Origin: Candidatus Bathyarchaeota archaeon
GTDB taxonomy: Archaea; Thermoproteota; Bathyarchaeia; Bathyarchaeales; Bathycorpusculaceae
Assembly (NCBI GenBank): GCA_963833575.1
Contig: CAWHXY010000004.1
Location: forward strand, 352,001 to 416,000
Length of the DNA: 64,000 bases
Reading direction: 5' to 3'
Shown: piece by piece, positions 52,459 through 62,822 of the stretch
Layout of the letters: each line of letters begins with the position of its first letter
How positions within the stretch are numbered: the stretch's first letter is position 1
Program-made: the position numbers and the translations under genes
The notes under the pieces: model-generated
The model's input: the letters and a program-made list of their open reading frames with translations, nothing else
Told to the model about the DNA's origin: nothing
Databases searched by the model: none

Positions 52459-52482
52459 GATGTTAGGTATAGGCAGAAATTA

Positions 52483-52588
52483 AGAGTTTGCTGAGGCTCT
52501 GTCCACTTTAGGAGAAAAGAACGCAAATGCAAATGCGCTATCACGATTGCTAATATCATGATTAAGCCAGAGTCCTATTCAGCCTCTT
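52483..52588 (-). ncRNA. Hairpin sRNA candidate with BHB-like closing stem and anti-SD/anti-AUG loop
   Basis: AAGAG-GCUGA-AUA-GGACUCUG...CAGAGCC-UCAGC-AAA-CUCUU; loop UUUGCAUUUGCGUUCUUUUCUCCUAAA; covaries with the 61361 copy. Confidence 0.65.
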
Positions 52589-52644
52589 CTATTATGTTCT
52601 TTGTTGGGACTAAAAAAAAGGAATAGGGTTTTGATTGTGGTTGC

Positions 52645-55173
52645 TTATGCTCGTTTTCTGAGCATTAGCACCATTACCATGCCGACTATTGCTATCGCAA
52701 TGATAATTGCAACTACTGCTGGGACAAAGTACGTATCGTATGCTGAAGTGTTATTCTGGACTATTGGTTGAGATGTTGCTGCTGGTGCATTTTCTACGTT
52801 TATGGCAGTTTCAGCTGTTGATCCATAATATGAATTGGAGCCTTCGAAATTAGTAGAGACTGTGTATTGTCCTGGGACACTTGGAGTGAAAGTAAAGCTG
52901 TAGTAGCCGTTTGCATCGCTTGTTGCTGTACCAACTGTGTAAGTATTGTTGTTGGGGTCGAGAACACTGATTGTAACGGGTACTCCTGTGGCGTTAGTTG
53001 GTCGTGGATACTGCATATAGACATATTGCATCCATTCTGTTTGACTTGCGTCAGAGACAGCGGGTACACCTAGTGGGAACCGCGCAGCGACATCATATGT
53101 TTTGGTGCCTGGGGCTATATCAGTAACATACCCTTGCACCATTACTTTATCGCCGTTTATTGATATTGTCGGATCTGCTTGAACTGTTGTTTCAGTTGCG
53201 CCTTTTCCAAATGCATATATACGGTTGTCGTATCCTGCGTTGAGTCCTGCAATTACTCCGTCACCGATAACTGGCGTTCCGCCCCACCAACTGTCAAACC
53301 AACTGCAGGTGTATATTACCTGACCGCTTGTTGCGTTGAGGCAGGTCATATATGCACCTTTAGCTTGTAGGTTGGGGTGGTGTGTTGCGTAGGACAAGTA
53401 GAGTTTTCCGTCAGTAGCGAACCAGAACACTGTCGGCCAATTGTTGCTCCACAAGACTTGAGCATAGTAGTCTGTACAGTTGTAGGTCCATAATCTTTGG
53501 CCAGTGTGGATATTGTAGGCAATTGTCATTCCGCTCTGGCGTTCGCTGTAGAAGATGCCATATGCGATCATGGGGCCGTACCATTTGTCATAGTACGCAA
53601 GGTATGGTTCTTGGTCGGTTTGCCATAAGTAAGCACCCGTGTCTAAACTAAAGCCGTAGAATCTTAGACTTTCTCTGCAAGATATAATGAATACACGATC
53701 AGTGAAGCTCACATCACTCCATACCCAAGTTCCTCCGGTAAAATCTGATGGTACTGTCCAAGTGTTATTGAAGATCAGTTGTCCAGCGGTCCCTACCTTT
53801 GTGCTTATAGCCCATGAAGTAATTGTTGGTCCGGTTGCACCTGGGAATGCGGATGATGTTGATCCAAGTACGCAATCGTCAAATTGAGCATTGCAAACAG
53901 CTCCGGGCAAACCAAGGGGTATCGAAACGTTATAATCATAACCTTGGCTTGCGTCTATTATGCTTCCGATTGGAGTCCAACTGCCATCACCGACTGACCC
54001 CGTAAGCTGTGGGTTGATTGCTCTGCTTGAGTTCCATTCAGTCAACCTACCATTTGTAGTGTCAACGGTGTATCTGTAGATTACGCCATCTGGTCCATAG
54101 TAGTTGTAGTCTGGATTTCCCGCAGGCACGTTTATTAGTTGATATAGCCAGCGTCCAGTAAGAGGGTCATACGCATTCCAAGTATAGGATAATGTTTGCC
54201 CGAATGCACCGGTTACAGGTGTCGAAGTGAATAAGTATGCGAAAGTGCCGTCAAGGTTGAATCCTTTCCAGTGGAAGACTTGGCCAAAGGATAGGCGTGT
54301 GTTGTTCCAGTTCTTTTCCCAAAGTTGTTCTCCAGTTTTAAGGTTTATAGCTACAACTGTTTGTTCAGATATTGGTGCTCCGGTTGAATCATATCTGTTG
54401 AAGTACAATACGCCGTTGATTACTATTGTGTTTAAGAATTTGCCTACGTATGCATCGCCCATCTCCATTCCTCCTCCTTCAGCGGTAATGTTGCCGCCTG
54501 CCAATCCTCCTTCAGCGTATTGATAAGTCCATAGTACGTGAGCGGTTTCAGGTGCACCTTCGTTACCGGGTATGTACTTATCATCTGGGGGCATTGTGTA
54601 ACTTCCTATGGCTCTTAGCCAGTCACCGGTCAATGGAGCCCATTGTTCGAATTGGGCGTTTATTGGACGGTTCCAGTATTCAGTTGGCAGTGGGAAAGCT
54701 GGAAAATAAGCTATTGGGTTTTGCTGTACTACTAGGTAAGTTATTGGACTGTCACTGGCGGCGTATGGTATGGAGCCAACTCCTACGAAGGGAATTGCCA
54801 TGTTTTGTGCTGGGAAGTGGGTTTGGAATTTGTATGTGCCGACCATTGTTGGAACATAAATTGAGCCTGTCCCCCCTGTTGCGTCAGTACTAAATGGGCC
54901 TAGGGTTTCAGTGGTGTTGTCAGGTTTTGTTACTGTTACAGTCAATCCTGTCCATTTAAAATAGGTTCCAGCTGTGGGTTCTGATATTCCGATGTGGAGA
55001 AGGACTTCTTGGCCAACGCCGACTGGATTTGGGGTAGTTCCGAGAAACGCATATGTTTTTTTAGGAGTTGCTGTTGTTGTCTGCGCATTGCTTGTTGGAT
55101 ATGCTGCAATTAGAGAAACTGCAAATGCAAGTATAATAAATACTGCTGCGATTTGATTTATGCTTGTTTTCAT
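52645..55173 (-). CDS. PQQ-binding-like beta-propeller surface protein, paralog 3 (more divergent)
   Basis: PNPVGVGQ, AHVLWT, YDNRIYAFGKG and PAVSDAS motifs; C-terminal TM plus RKRA. Confidence 0.85.
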   Translation of the reverse strand: MKTSINQIAAVFIILAFAVSLIAAYPTSNAQTTTATPKKTYAFLGTTPNPVGVGQEVLLHIGISEPTAGTYFKWTGLTVTVTKPDNTTETLGPFSTDATGGTGSIYVPTMVGTYKFQTHFPAQNMAIPFVGVGSIPYAASDSPITYLVVQQNPIAYFPAFPLPTEYWNRPINAQFEQWAPLTGDWLRAIGSYTMPPDDKYIPGNEGAPETAHVLWTYQYAEGGLAGGNITAEGGGMEMGDAYVGKFLNTIVINGVLYFNRYDSTGAPISEQTVVAINLKTGEQLWEKNWNNTRLSFGQVFHWKGFNLDGTFAYLFTSTPVTGAFGQTLSYTWNAYDPLTGRWLYQLINVPAGNPDYNYYGPDGVIYRYTVDTTNGRLTEWNSSRAINPQLTGSVGDGSWTPIGSIIDASQGYDYNVSIPLGLPGAVCNAQFDDCVLGSTSSAFPGATGPTITSWAISTKVGTAGQLIFNNTWTVPSDFTGGTWVWSDVSFTDRVFIISCRESLRFYGFSLDTGAYLWQTDQEPYLAYYDKWYGPMIAYGIFYSERQSGMTIAYNIHTGQRLWTYNCTDYYAQVLWSNNWPTVFWFATDGKLYLSYATHHPNLQAKGAYMTCLNATSGQVIYTCSWFDSWWGGTPVIGDGVIAGLNAGYDNRIYAFGKGATETTVQADPTISINGDKVMVQGYVTDIAPGTKTYDVAARFPLGVPAVSDASQTEWMQYVYMQYPRPTNATGVPVTISVLDPNNNTYTVGTATSDANGYYSFTFTPSVPGQYTVSTNFEGSNSYYGSTAETAINVENAPAATSQPIVQNNTSAYDTYFVPAVVAIIIAIAIVGMVMVLMLRKRA

Positions 55174-55571
55174 GTTTTACATTCCTTTCATTTTCGTGTT
55201 TTTCATGTCGGCTTATTCAGTTTATAAGACTTTTCAATACAGCGGTAGCATATGACTTTTATTTAATTTATTTCAACATTATCGCTAAAAATAGTTCATT
55301 ATGTTCATTCTGTTTATCACATCATTTCAAAATTGAGGACACACCTTTTCGCCTTGTGCGCAGTTTCTTGACTGAGTGGGCCAAAGATGGCCCCAATGTT
55401 CACAAAACTTGATGTTTATGGTTTTTTCAAAATTCAAAAATGCCTAAATCTCAAAATCAAGAGTTTCTAATAAAAAACTTGAAGTGAATGAAAAGACGGG
55501 ACTAAAGTTTTCGTAACGTTATCATAATGGATATTAGCGGAAGAATCGATATTTCTTGTGAGGAATTATAA

Positions 55572-55826
55572 TTGATTAAAGGCAAATTTGAGGAGCAGAT
55601 TGTTGAGCCGTATTTACCAAACAAGATTGTTCCCCCAGAATATATTAGAGATGTCTTGAATGAGGCAAACCAAGATTTCCCATCTTTAGATTTTGAAATT
55701 GATGTCCCTCACAAATGGGCAATACAAGAGTACAAAGAAAGATACGAAGAGTTGGAACGCCAGATGATGGAAATTTTATCATGGCGCATAAGATGGTTTG
55801 GAAATAAAGAAACAGACAAAAAATAA
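55572..55826 (+). CDS. Hypothetical small protein
   Basis: GTGAGG SD plus TTG; 84 aa; 3' end overlaps the convergent gene. Confidence 0.5.
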   Translation: MIKGKFEEQIVEPYLPNKIVPPEYIRDVLNEANQDFPSLDFEIDVPHKWAIQEYKERYEELERQMMEILSWRIRWFGNKETDKK

Positions 55827-57500
55827 CAACACTTGTTTCAAATCTCGATTATTTTCTTTTTTTTTTCTTTGTCCAAAATAAACCGAAATGGTCAGAGCAA
55901 TGACCACAATTGCAACTACCAAAAGTACAACTTCATTCTTAAAGCTAAGAAGGGTTGACGTAGAAGACTGATTTGACGGAGTTGCAGTGGATTGACTTAT
56001 CGGAGTTGAAGCCGGGGACGAAGATGGAATTGACAACGGGGTTGGCGATACTGCTGTGTGGGTCGGAGATGAAGTGGGGACGGCTGACGAATATGTTTGA
56101 GCGGTCGAAGAGTCAGCAACAAAATTAGCGGGTTCAATTAGGGTTAATTGAGGAGATTGTTCAAAGTCAAATGAGTTCATCATATCGCTGGCATTCACGT
56201 CTCTTACTCCAAGAGTTTGAAGATTGAAATTTACTTCTGCAAGTTTGAGCATCGACGAGAATTCGTATTGTGTGTGGTCGATATAGTGAGATTTTGCCCA
56301 AGGGGAAATGACCAAGGTTGGAACGCGGAAGCCTAAGCCGCTTTGATCAATTTGTGGTGGAGCAACGTGATCGTAAAAACCTCCATAGTCATCCCAAGTT
56401 ACTACGATGGCAGTTGATTGCCAATATGGGCTGTTCATAACTTGATTAATGAGGTATGAAACATAATCCATTCCAGCGTCCGAGCGGGCTGGAGGATGCT
56501 CACTGACAGATTCGTTTGCAAAAACTGAGGGCAAGGTCGGAGGATGCCAACTTCCAGGCATGATCCAAGACACTGCAGGCAAATTATTGTTCTGTATATC
56601 AACCGAGAAATTCTCCGTATTTTCTACGTGCGCCGAAAGCTCTTCAGGATGGATTTGGAAATAATTGAACAGAGGAAGAACATTCCACAGCGTGGGCTCA
56701 ATAGGATTTGTGTTCCCATCGTACCACTTCCAAGACAAATTACCAATAGAAAGTTCTTCAGCTAAAGTTGACCAGGTCAAGTTTGCTTCTGGCCAAACCA
56801 CAGTGGGAGCTTTACCGCCAGGAACAGTTATGCAGGGCGGATTATCAATTATGCTGCCGTTTGAAACCCAAGAATCATTTGAGTCGATTGGACCATCGGT
56901 CCCTGAAGCAATGTAAAGATGATTTGGAAAACTTGGTCCCATCTCAGAAGAAAAGAAATTGTCATCCAAGACATACTTATCCGCGTAATCCCAATAATAA
57001 GGGATATCACTTCTATTGTAATAGCCCAAAGTTAAGGTGCTTCCTTCAGCTTGGACAAAGCCATCCATTTTGCCGTTATCATAAGCCTGACGTGCAACTT
57101 CTGATGAATGATCAATGTCCTGGCCAATTGATTCAGAGATAAGATGAAACGGCAACTCAGAAGTGTTATTAACAGGCGCAAGATCTTCAGGATCAGCCAC
57201 TCCAGGTGGAAGTTCATCTCCTACTATTGAAATTGGTTGGGTGACGTTAAGATGGTAGGGTTCGACATAACCTGACGTTTCGTTGTTTGGGTCGACGGGA
57301 ACAGAGGTATTTGATAGAATGCCGTTAGCTCCAGGATAAGTTCCAAAGTAATTATCAAATGAATGGTTCTCTTGAACAATAAATATTAAATGCTGAATTT
57401 TTGTTTGAGAGTTATTGGAAGATTGAATTGGAAGAATAACTCCAGAACTTAAAATAAAGATTGAAATTATGATTGCCGCTGCAAACACGATTGTTTTCAA
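55779..57500 (-). CDS. Membrane-anchored phosphoesterase (phospholipase C/acid phosphatase family)
   Basis: [29 protein letters not shown] and GFRVP motifs; S/T/P linker plus TM. Confidence 0.9.
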   Translation of the reverse strand: MKTIVFAAAIIISIFILSSGVILPIQSSNNSQTKIQHLIFIVQENHSFDNYFGTYPGANGILSNTSVPVDPNNETSGYVEPYHLNVTQPISIVGDELPPGVADPEDLAPVNNTSELPFHLISESIGQDIDHSSEVARQAYDNGKMDGFVQAEGSTLTLGYYNRSDIPYYWDYADKYVLDDNFFSSEMGPSFPNHLYIASGTDGPIDSNDSWVSNGSIIDNPPCITVPGGKAPTVVWPEANLTWSTLAEELSIGNLSWKWYDGNTNPIEPTLWNVLPLFNYFQIHPEELSAHVENTENFSVDIQNNNLPAVSWIMPGSWHPPTLPSVFANESVSEHPPARSDAGMDYVSYLINQVMNSPYWQSTAIVVTWDDYGGFYDHVAPPQIDQSGLGFRVPTLVISPWAKSHYIDHTQYEFSSMLKLAEVNFNLQTLGVRDVNASDMMNSFDFEQSPQLTLIEPANFVADSSTAQTYSSAVPTSSPTHTAVSPTPLSIPSSSPASTPISQSTATPSNQSSTSTLLSFKNEVVLLVVAIVVIALTISVYFGQRKKKENNRDLKQVLLFFVCFFISKPSYAP

Positions 57501-57902
57501 AGCTTATTCGCCTATTTGCAGCACTTGGTTCGTTTGATGCACAGCCCTTCAATAAAATTATTGCATTAATAAATAAACCGCAAAAAGCTCTGAACAGTGA
57601 CTTCAAAAACAAAAAGCAGGGTACAGATATTTCTGAAGAGACAACCATTTGATTTTTGTTGCTTCAGTTTAGCGAGCGAGGTTCGTGCCTTAGTAATTGC
57701 AAAATTGGAGCTTGAAAATAGCGTGAAAATGAAAAAATGGGCAAATTCGCTTTTAATGCTTTCAGCACATCATTTCATTGTCTCTACTATCAATTGGAGA
57801 CAAATTCTTCGAACTAAGCAAATTTATTCCGACAGGTGCTTCACAAATAATTCTATGAACCGCAATGTAAACTAATAGAAACGACTTTTCTATGACCCGA
57901 AC

Positions 57903-59390
57903 CTAACATCTTCTCTTCTTCAAATAAGCAAAAACAGCTAGCACAATCGCAATCCCAATTCCCGCTATTGCAACACCAGTTATGATCCAAGTGTTGGAAG
58001 AAGGCGAAGGCGACGTTGAGGGTTGAGTTGAGTGAGTTGGAGTAGGTGAACCAAGTTGTGTCGGTGAAAGAGTTTGAGTTGGAGAAGGTGAGGAAGTTGG
58101 TGTCGGTGTGGTACTCGGTGACGTAGTTGGCGACGCTGACTGTACAGGAATAAAAGCACTTGAGCTTAGATTGGTAACCAAGCCGATTCTATATATTAAC
58201 CAACCCGTAGGGAAAGTGATCGTTCTCACTATTTGTCCAGCTGGGTTAACTTCAATTAAATCAGCTCCAGTATCATTGAAGCCCCAGGGTTGGTTTTCTG
58301 GAAATTGATGCGTTGGACTGCCGAAGTCACCAATCCAGTCTCCGTTTGGCAATATGTCGGTTGCTCCCAAAAATTGTGTATAGTATTGTTCTGGCGCAGT
58401 CCAACTCCAATTTACAAAAGCGGTCATGTTTTGCTCGTTTAATGTCAGCTCTATCATTTGGCTATTGGCATCATTTGGATTTGTTATGTTATCAAAATCG
58501 TTATTAAACATGGTAAAAACATCTGGTGCGACTAGCTCAAGGTCATGACTGTGAAACCAGAGGCTTGAAACTTGAGTGCCGTTTGCTCCAAGAAGGGTAA
58601 AGTTGCCAAACTGTCCACAAGCCCAGATAATGTCGCCGGATGTTTGATTAATTTTGTAGAAAGTATTTGTGTTCCTTACATTCAGATAGATTACGTTATG
58701 AGTGTAGTCCCAATCTAGAGCGTTGGCATGCGTGAAATCGATCACGGTTTGTCCATTGAGTGTAGCTGTAAGATTGAAAGGATCAGTTTCAGTGAGAGGT
58801 ATATGATCATAAGAGTCCCAACTCCACAAAATATTACCTGCGGTGTCAACTTCCACAATTTTGTCAACTAAAATCGAATTGTTTCCCACTTCTCTCACGT
58901 AATCCTGCAAAGTAAGAAATGTGTTATTGATCGGATCATATTCAAGGTCATGTTCACCAATAACTTCAGGAAAGTCTTGAGTTGAGTTTGAATCAACATT
59001 CCATATATGCGAAGCATAGGTCGGAGCGGCGTTTGATCCGTCTACCTCAGGCTCGCCCTGAAACATTAAAGTGTCCGTTGCAATGTTCTTCACGACGCCA
59101 TAGGCACCGTTGGATTCCCGAAGATCTATCAGTGTACCGTTGGTGTTCATAACCACCAAATAATCATTGAGTCCAAAAGCTAATAATCCATTCCAAGCGT
59201 TTCCAAATGTAGTAACAGTGCATGGCAAAACAAATCCTTGAGCGGCCACCTTTTGAACTGCTACTTGATCTATAGGGAAGAATCCAATGGAAAAAACAAG
59301 AATTACAATTAGTGTTGTAGTTTCAATAACAATTAGACTCTTAGATAACATAAAACTAAATTTCGCCTCAATTTCCTGAAAATCAGGCAA
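57903..59390 (-). CDS. Aryl-sulfate sulfotransferase-like beta-propeller, membrane-anchored (start probably 59351)
   Basis: DFTHANAL, NVRN, HSHD and FNN motifs; TP-rich linker plus TM. Confidence 0.8.
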   Translation of the reverse strand: MPDFQEIEAKFSFMLSKSLIVIETTTLIVILVFSIGFFPIDQVAVQKVAAQGFVLPCTVTTFGNAWNGLLAFGLNDYLVVMNTNGTLIDLRESNGAYGVVKNIATDTLMFQGEPEVDGSNAAPTYASHIWNVDSNSTQDFPEVIGEHDLEYDPINNTFLTLQDYVREVGNNSILVDKIVEVDTAGNILWSWDSYDHIPLTETDPFNLTATLNGQTVIDFTHANALDWDYTHNVIYLNVRNTNTFYKINQTSGDIIWACGQFGNFTLLGANGTQVSSLWFHSHDLELVAPDVFTMFNNDFDNITNPNDANSQMIELTLNEQNMTAFVNWSWTAPEQYYTQFLGATDILPNGDWIGDFGSPTHQFPENQPWGFNDTGADLIEVNPAGQIVRTITFPTGWLIYRIGLVTNLSSSAFIPVQSASPTTSPSTTPTPTSSPSPTQTLSPTQLGSPTPTHSTQPSTSPSPSSNTWIITGVAIAGIGIAIVLAVFAYLKKRRC

Positions 59391-59589
59391 GCAACTAAAA
59401 GAGTGGTAACTATCACAGACCTATAAAGAATTGTGATTGATTCGTAACAGTTACACCGTTTTGCGTTGTTACAATTCATTTGGAAAAAAGACAGCTTTAC
59501 GACAACATTCAGAAGTCAAAGCCGCGTCAATAACATACCGTTTTTGAACTTTTTTTATCGTTTAACTTGATGACTCAAACAGAATCTCA

Positions 59590-60846
59590 CTATAATTTAG
59601 AAAGTCTGGTTGATAATAACGGTACAATCATTTCTTCAGGCGTCATTCCGCCATGGGCACCATAGATGTTTTGGGGCGTTTCTCTTGGGCGGTATTGGTG
59701 GAGGATTATGTTTTTGCTGTGGCTCAATGCTGTAAAGGTTCCAACTGTTGTTTGTAGTCGATCTAAGTTCTTGACTGGACCAAACGCGCCTTTTTCAATT
59801 AGATCAGCTGACCGCATCACGCGGAATCCTTGAAGGCTGTTTTCCAAAGCTTCCCTGAGTGGCTCTTGTTGACCATATTTTGGGAAAAAATATGTGGACC
59901 GCATGTCTCCAGTCGGAGGTACAAGAAAAAGATTGGAAACGGGCGGTTGATTAAGAAAATGTGTTTGCCCCGTTTCCACTACGCCATGATCCGCGGTTAT
60001 AAGAAGCATCGTTTTCTGCTTTGTAACCATTGAAAGCTTCTCGATCAATTGACTTCTTAGAAGGCTTTCAAAGAGTTGTAGCTCAGCTGACACCTCCTCT
60101 GAATAGGGACCATATGAGTGTTCCATTGTGTCAATGCCTCCATAGTAAACGATTAAAAGAAGCTGTCCCGGCTGCTCAAGAGCCCGCTTAACCTGAACCA
60201 TCATGTCCGAAGCCAACGCATAACCAACCAAATCCTGACGCCTATGAATCAACCGTGATAAGCCGCTGCCCGCAAGATTTCTTCGCGTGAAAGTCTTAAC
60301 ATTGACACCTTCGTCAAGGAGCAAAGGCGGCCAGGGAAAAGAAGACTCTGAAAAAAAATCAACCAAATCAATTCCGCTACTATACCCGACAGCAGGCGCC
60401 ATTTCTAACGTGTTGAATATGAGTCCGTAATCGGGAACATACATGTTAAAGCCTATTACGCCGTGCAAAGAGGGAGGTACACCTGTGAAGATGCTAATTA
60501 AAGCGGTTGACGTGGTTGAGGGAAAAGAACTCGATAAAGCCTTCAAAACGCCCCTTTCTGCCAAATCATAGAAGCCGCCTTTAAACTTCTCCATATGAGA
60601 AACGAGGCGATCGTAGCCTAAGCCATCAACCACGAAAAGAACAACCTTGTCCACACCAGAAAAATCATCCACAACCGCACCTGAAAGATTCACCCTCACC
60701 AAAGCTTTAACAGAAAAGATTTTCCCAACAACTGAACCAATGTTGGCGATGTTGAACTGTTCATAATCTGGCAAAACAAAACTTTCCAAAAAAGAACGAC
60801 GACTAACCAACCCATTAACATCTTCTTTGAAAACATCAAAATCCAA
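59590..60846 (-). CDS. Alkaline phosphatase superfamily / nucleotide pyrophosphatase-phosphodiesterase
   Basis: VDGLG, FPSTT, D..EH..GP, TADHG and GAHGG motifs. Confidence 0.88.
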   Translation of the reverse strand: MDFDVFKEDVNGLVSRRSFLESFVLPDYEQFNIANIGSVVGKIFSVKALVRVNLSGAVVDDFSGVDKVVLFVVDGLGYDRLVSHMEKFKGGFYDLAERGVLKALSSSFPSTTSTALISIFTGVPPSLHGVIGFNMYVPDYGLIFNTLEMAPAVGYSSGIDLVDFFSESSFPWPPLLLDEGVNVKTFTRRNLAGSGLSRLIHRRQDLVGYALASDMMVQVKRALEQPGQLLLIVYYGGIDTMEHSYGPYSEEVSAELQLFESLLRSQLIEKLSMVTKQKTMLLITADHGVVETGQTHFLNQPPVSNLFLVPPTGDMRSTYFFPKYGQQEPLREALENSLQGFRVMRSADLIEKGAFGPVKNLDRLQTTVGTFTALSHSKNIILHQYRPRETPQNIYGAHGGMTPEEMIVPLLSTRLSKL

Positions 60847-60973
60847 ACAAATCCCACTCTATTTGAAGCAGAGCTTCCTTATATTTCTTAAAATAGGAAA
60901 AACAACCAGCTAAGATATGAAAAGGAAAAAGCAAAATAGCATTGAAATGTTACTTAAGTATAGAGGGAGTAAT

Positions 60974-61093
60974 TTGGAAGCATATGCTGTCTTAGGTAAA
61001 TTGGCTGATATAGATAAAAAATTAGAACTAATAGAACAACGATTGAGAAATATTGAAACAAAGTTAGATATCATTCAAGGTCACAAACCATAG
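60974..61093 (+). CDS. 39-aa coiled-coil microprotein
   Basis: GAGGGAG SD plus TTG; heptad pattern LADIDKKLELIEQRLRNIETKL. Confidence 0.45.
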   Translation: MEAYAVLGKLADIDKKLELIEQRLRNIETKLDIIQGHKP

Positions 61094-61360
61094 AAACCAA
61101 ATGTGGATAATTAAATAATTACAAGAGCATCTTGTTAAATTACCCCTATGTTTCGCTGAAAAACACTTCTGTTTTTTTCAATAATAGCAAATTAATCACT
61201 TTACTTAAAGTCACTAAGAACCACGAACGTGTATGAGCCTACAGCCAAAGTTATTAATTTCAAAACGGTTTGCTGGACGCTTGATTAAATTGTCTTGCTG
61301 CAAAAACTATAGAACAGCTTCAGTCCAAAACGTTTTTTTTAGCTGCGAAAAATGTCGAGA

Positions 61361-61475
61361 AGTAGGGTTTGCTGAGGCTCTGGGAGTTTTCTTTTAGGAG
61401 AAAAAGAAAAATGCAAATACCATCACGATTGCTATTGTACTTCGTGAATTTAACCAGAGCCTACTCAGCCCCACT
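61361..61475 (-). ncRNA. Hairpin sRNA candidate with BHB-like closing stem and anti-SD/anti-AUG loop
   Basis: GGG-GCUGA-GUA-GGCUCUGG...CCAGAGCC-UCAGC-AAA-CCC; loop AUUUGCAUUUUUCUUUUUCUCCUAAA is complementary to 45517-45540 and 23635-23661. Confidence 0.7.
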
Positions 61476-61638
61476 GTTTTTGATTGGTTAACTCTTATTG
61501 GCACATTCTCTTAAGAATATGTAATCAGTGCCACTTCTGACAGGAATTGGTAGCAATTTGAGACTAAATTTGACTGAATGTGGAAAAAAGTTGATAAGTC
61601 CCTGCAAAAATTCTCATTTGCTTTGAGGGAGAATAGCA

Positions 61639-62485
61639 ATGCTTCAAAGTGACGAAGCAACCGGAACACTAATGGATTTAGGACTTACGTATTTGCAAGC
61701 GAAAACGTACTTAAGTCTAACTAAGTTTGAAAAAGCGGAAGCCAATAAAATTGCGAAAATTTCGGATATTGCTCGACAAGACAGCTATAGAATAATGGCA
61801 ACACTTGAAAACCTAGGTCTTGTAGAAAAAATAATAGCAAAACCGATTTCATACAAAGCTACGCCTCTGAAAGAAGGCTCCTTAATGTTGCTACAAAAGA
61901 AAACTAAGGAGCACAGGATATTACAAAAGAAAACAAAATCACTTTTAGATGGTGACCAGAAAAGAAATCTTCTAATCGCTCATGAAGAAAACACACAATT
62001 CACAATTACTTCTGAAAGGAAACTTTTTGTGAAAAGGCTAGAAAAATCATTTGAAGAAGCTAAAACCTGTGAGAAGGTTTTTTCCAGCGGCAGGTTTACA
62101 TTTCACTTTGTTTCATTTTTTCCAAATTCTCAAATTGGCATTGAGGAAGGGTGCAAAAATTCGAATAATTACTGAAGCCACAGAATTCACCTCAATAAGC
62201 AAAAAAATAGAAATATTAGAGAAAAATCCTTTTTTCAAAATCAAATTTGCTTCTTCACCCATTAATTTTGGAATAATACTTTTTGATAACAAACAAGTGA
62301 ATATGTGCATTTCTAATAGTAGCCATGCAGAGGTTCCGAGTTTAGGCACCAATAATCAACAATGTGTAGAGGCAGCCAAAATGATGTTTGAAGTTATGTG
62401 GAATAATGATCAAGAAAGAAATATTAGAAATCTGGAAACTCTGCCTCAAATTGAGGAATTACATGAGAGAACTATTCAGCGCTAG
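61639..62485 (+). pseudogene. TrmB-family transcriptional regulator, split by a frameshift
   Basis: LGLT..QAKTY...IARQDSYRIM..L...GLVEK HTH; the C-terminal domain continues in another frame from a T6 run near 62078. Confidence 0.75.
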
Positions 62486-62615
62486 TGGCAATAAAAAGCA
62501 AAGCTCCTAAGGATTCACTGGTATTTCTACTCAAGCCCTTTTGTTGTAGCATTGTGTGACAACTTCACTTTATCCCTTAACTTGTATCGTGTAATTTGAT
62601 TAAGAAGTGTACTTT

Positions 62616-62822
62616 ATGGGTACTTGCCCTAATTGTGGAAAAGAAAATTCCAAGCCAAAGAAAACCATAGAGAACAGTCTATTTCATTTAACGTATTACA
62701 TTTGCGATAATTGCGGAAATCTTTTACAATATCCTCTTGAGGGCATAATTACAGTGGGTCACCGGTTTAAACATGGGTCACATAGGATAACGATTCTTCC
62801 GTTTTTTCAAGAGGTTTTTTAG
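62616..62822 (+). CDS. Zinc-ribbon microprotein (MGTCPNCGKENSKPKK...CDNCG)
   Basis: Paralog of 35926-36066; the extended tail may reflect loss of the stop codon. Confidence 0.55.
   Translation: MGTCPNCGKENSKPKKTIENSLFHLTYYICDNCGNLLQYPLEGIITVGHRFKHGSHRITILPFFQEVF

Noticed and set aside
21021-55173. DGR or shufflon acting on the PQQ paralogs
   Set aside because: No reverse transcriptase, recombinase or adenine-specific template/variable repeat pair is visible in the window
61411-61491. Plus-strand peptide MQIPSRLL... or a PQQ-gene 5' remnant
   Set aside because: The frame is not conserved in the 52527 copy (stop after 8 codons), and the match is enclosed in covarying stems; a remnant origin cannot be fully excluded
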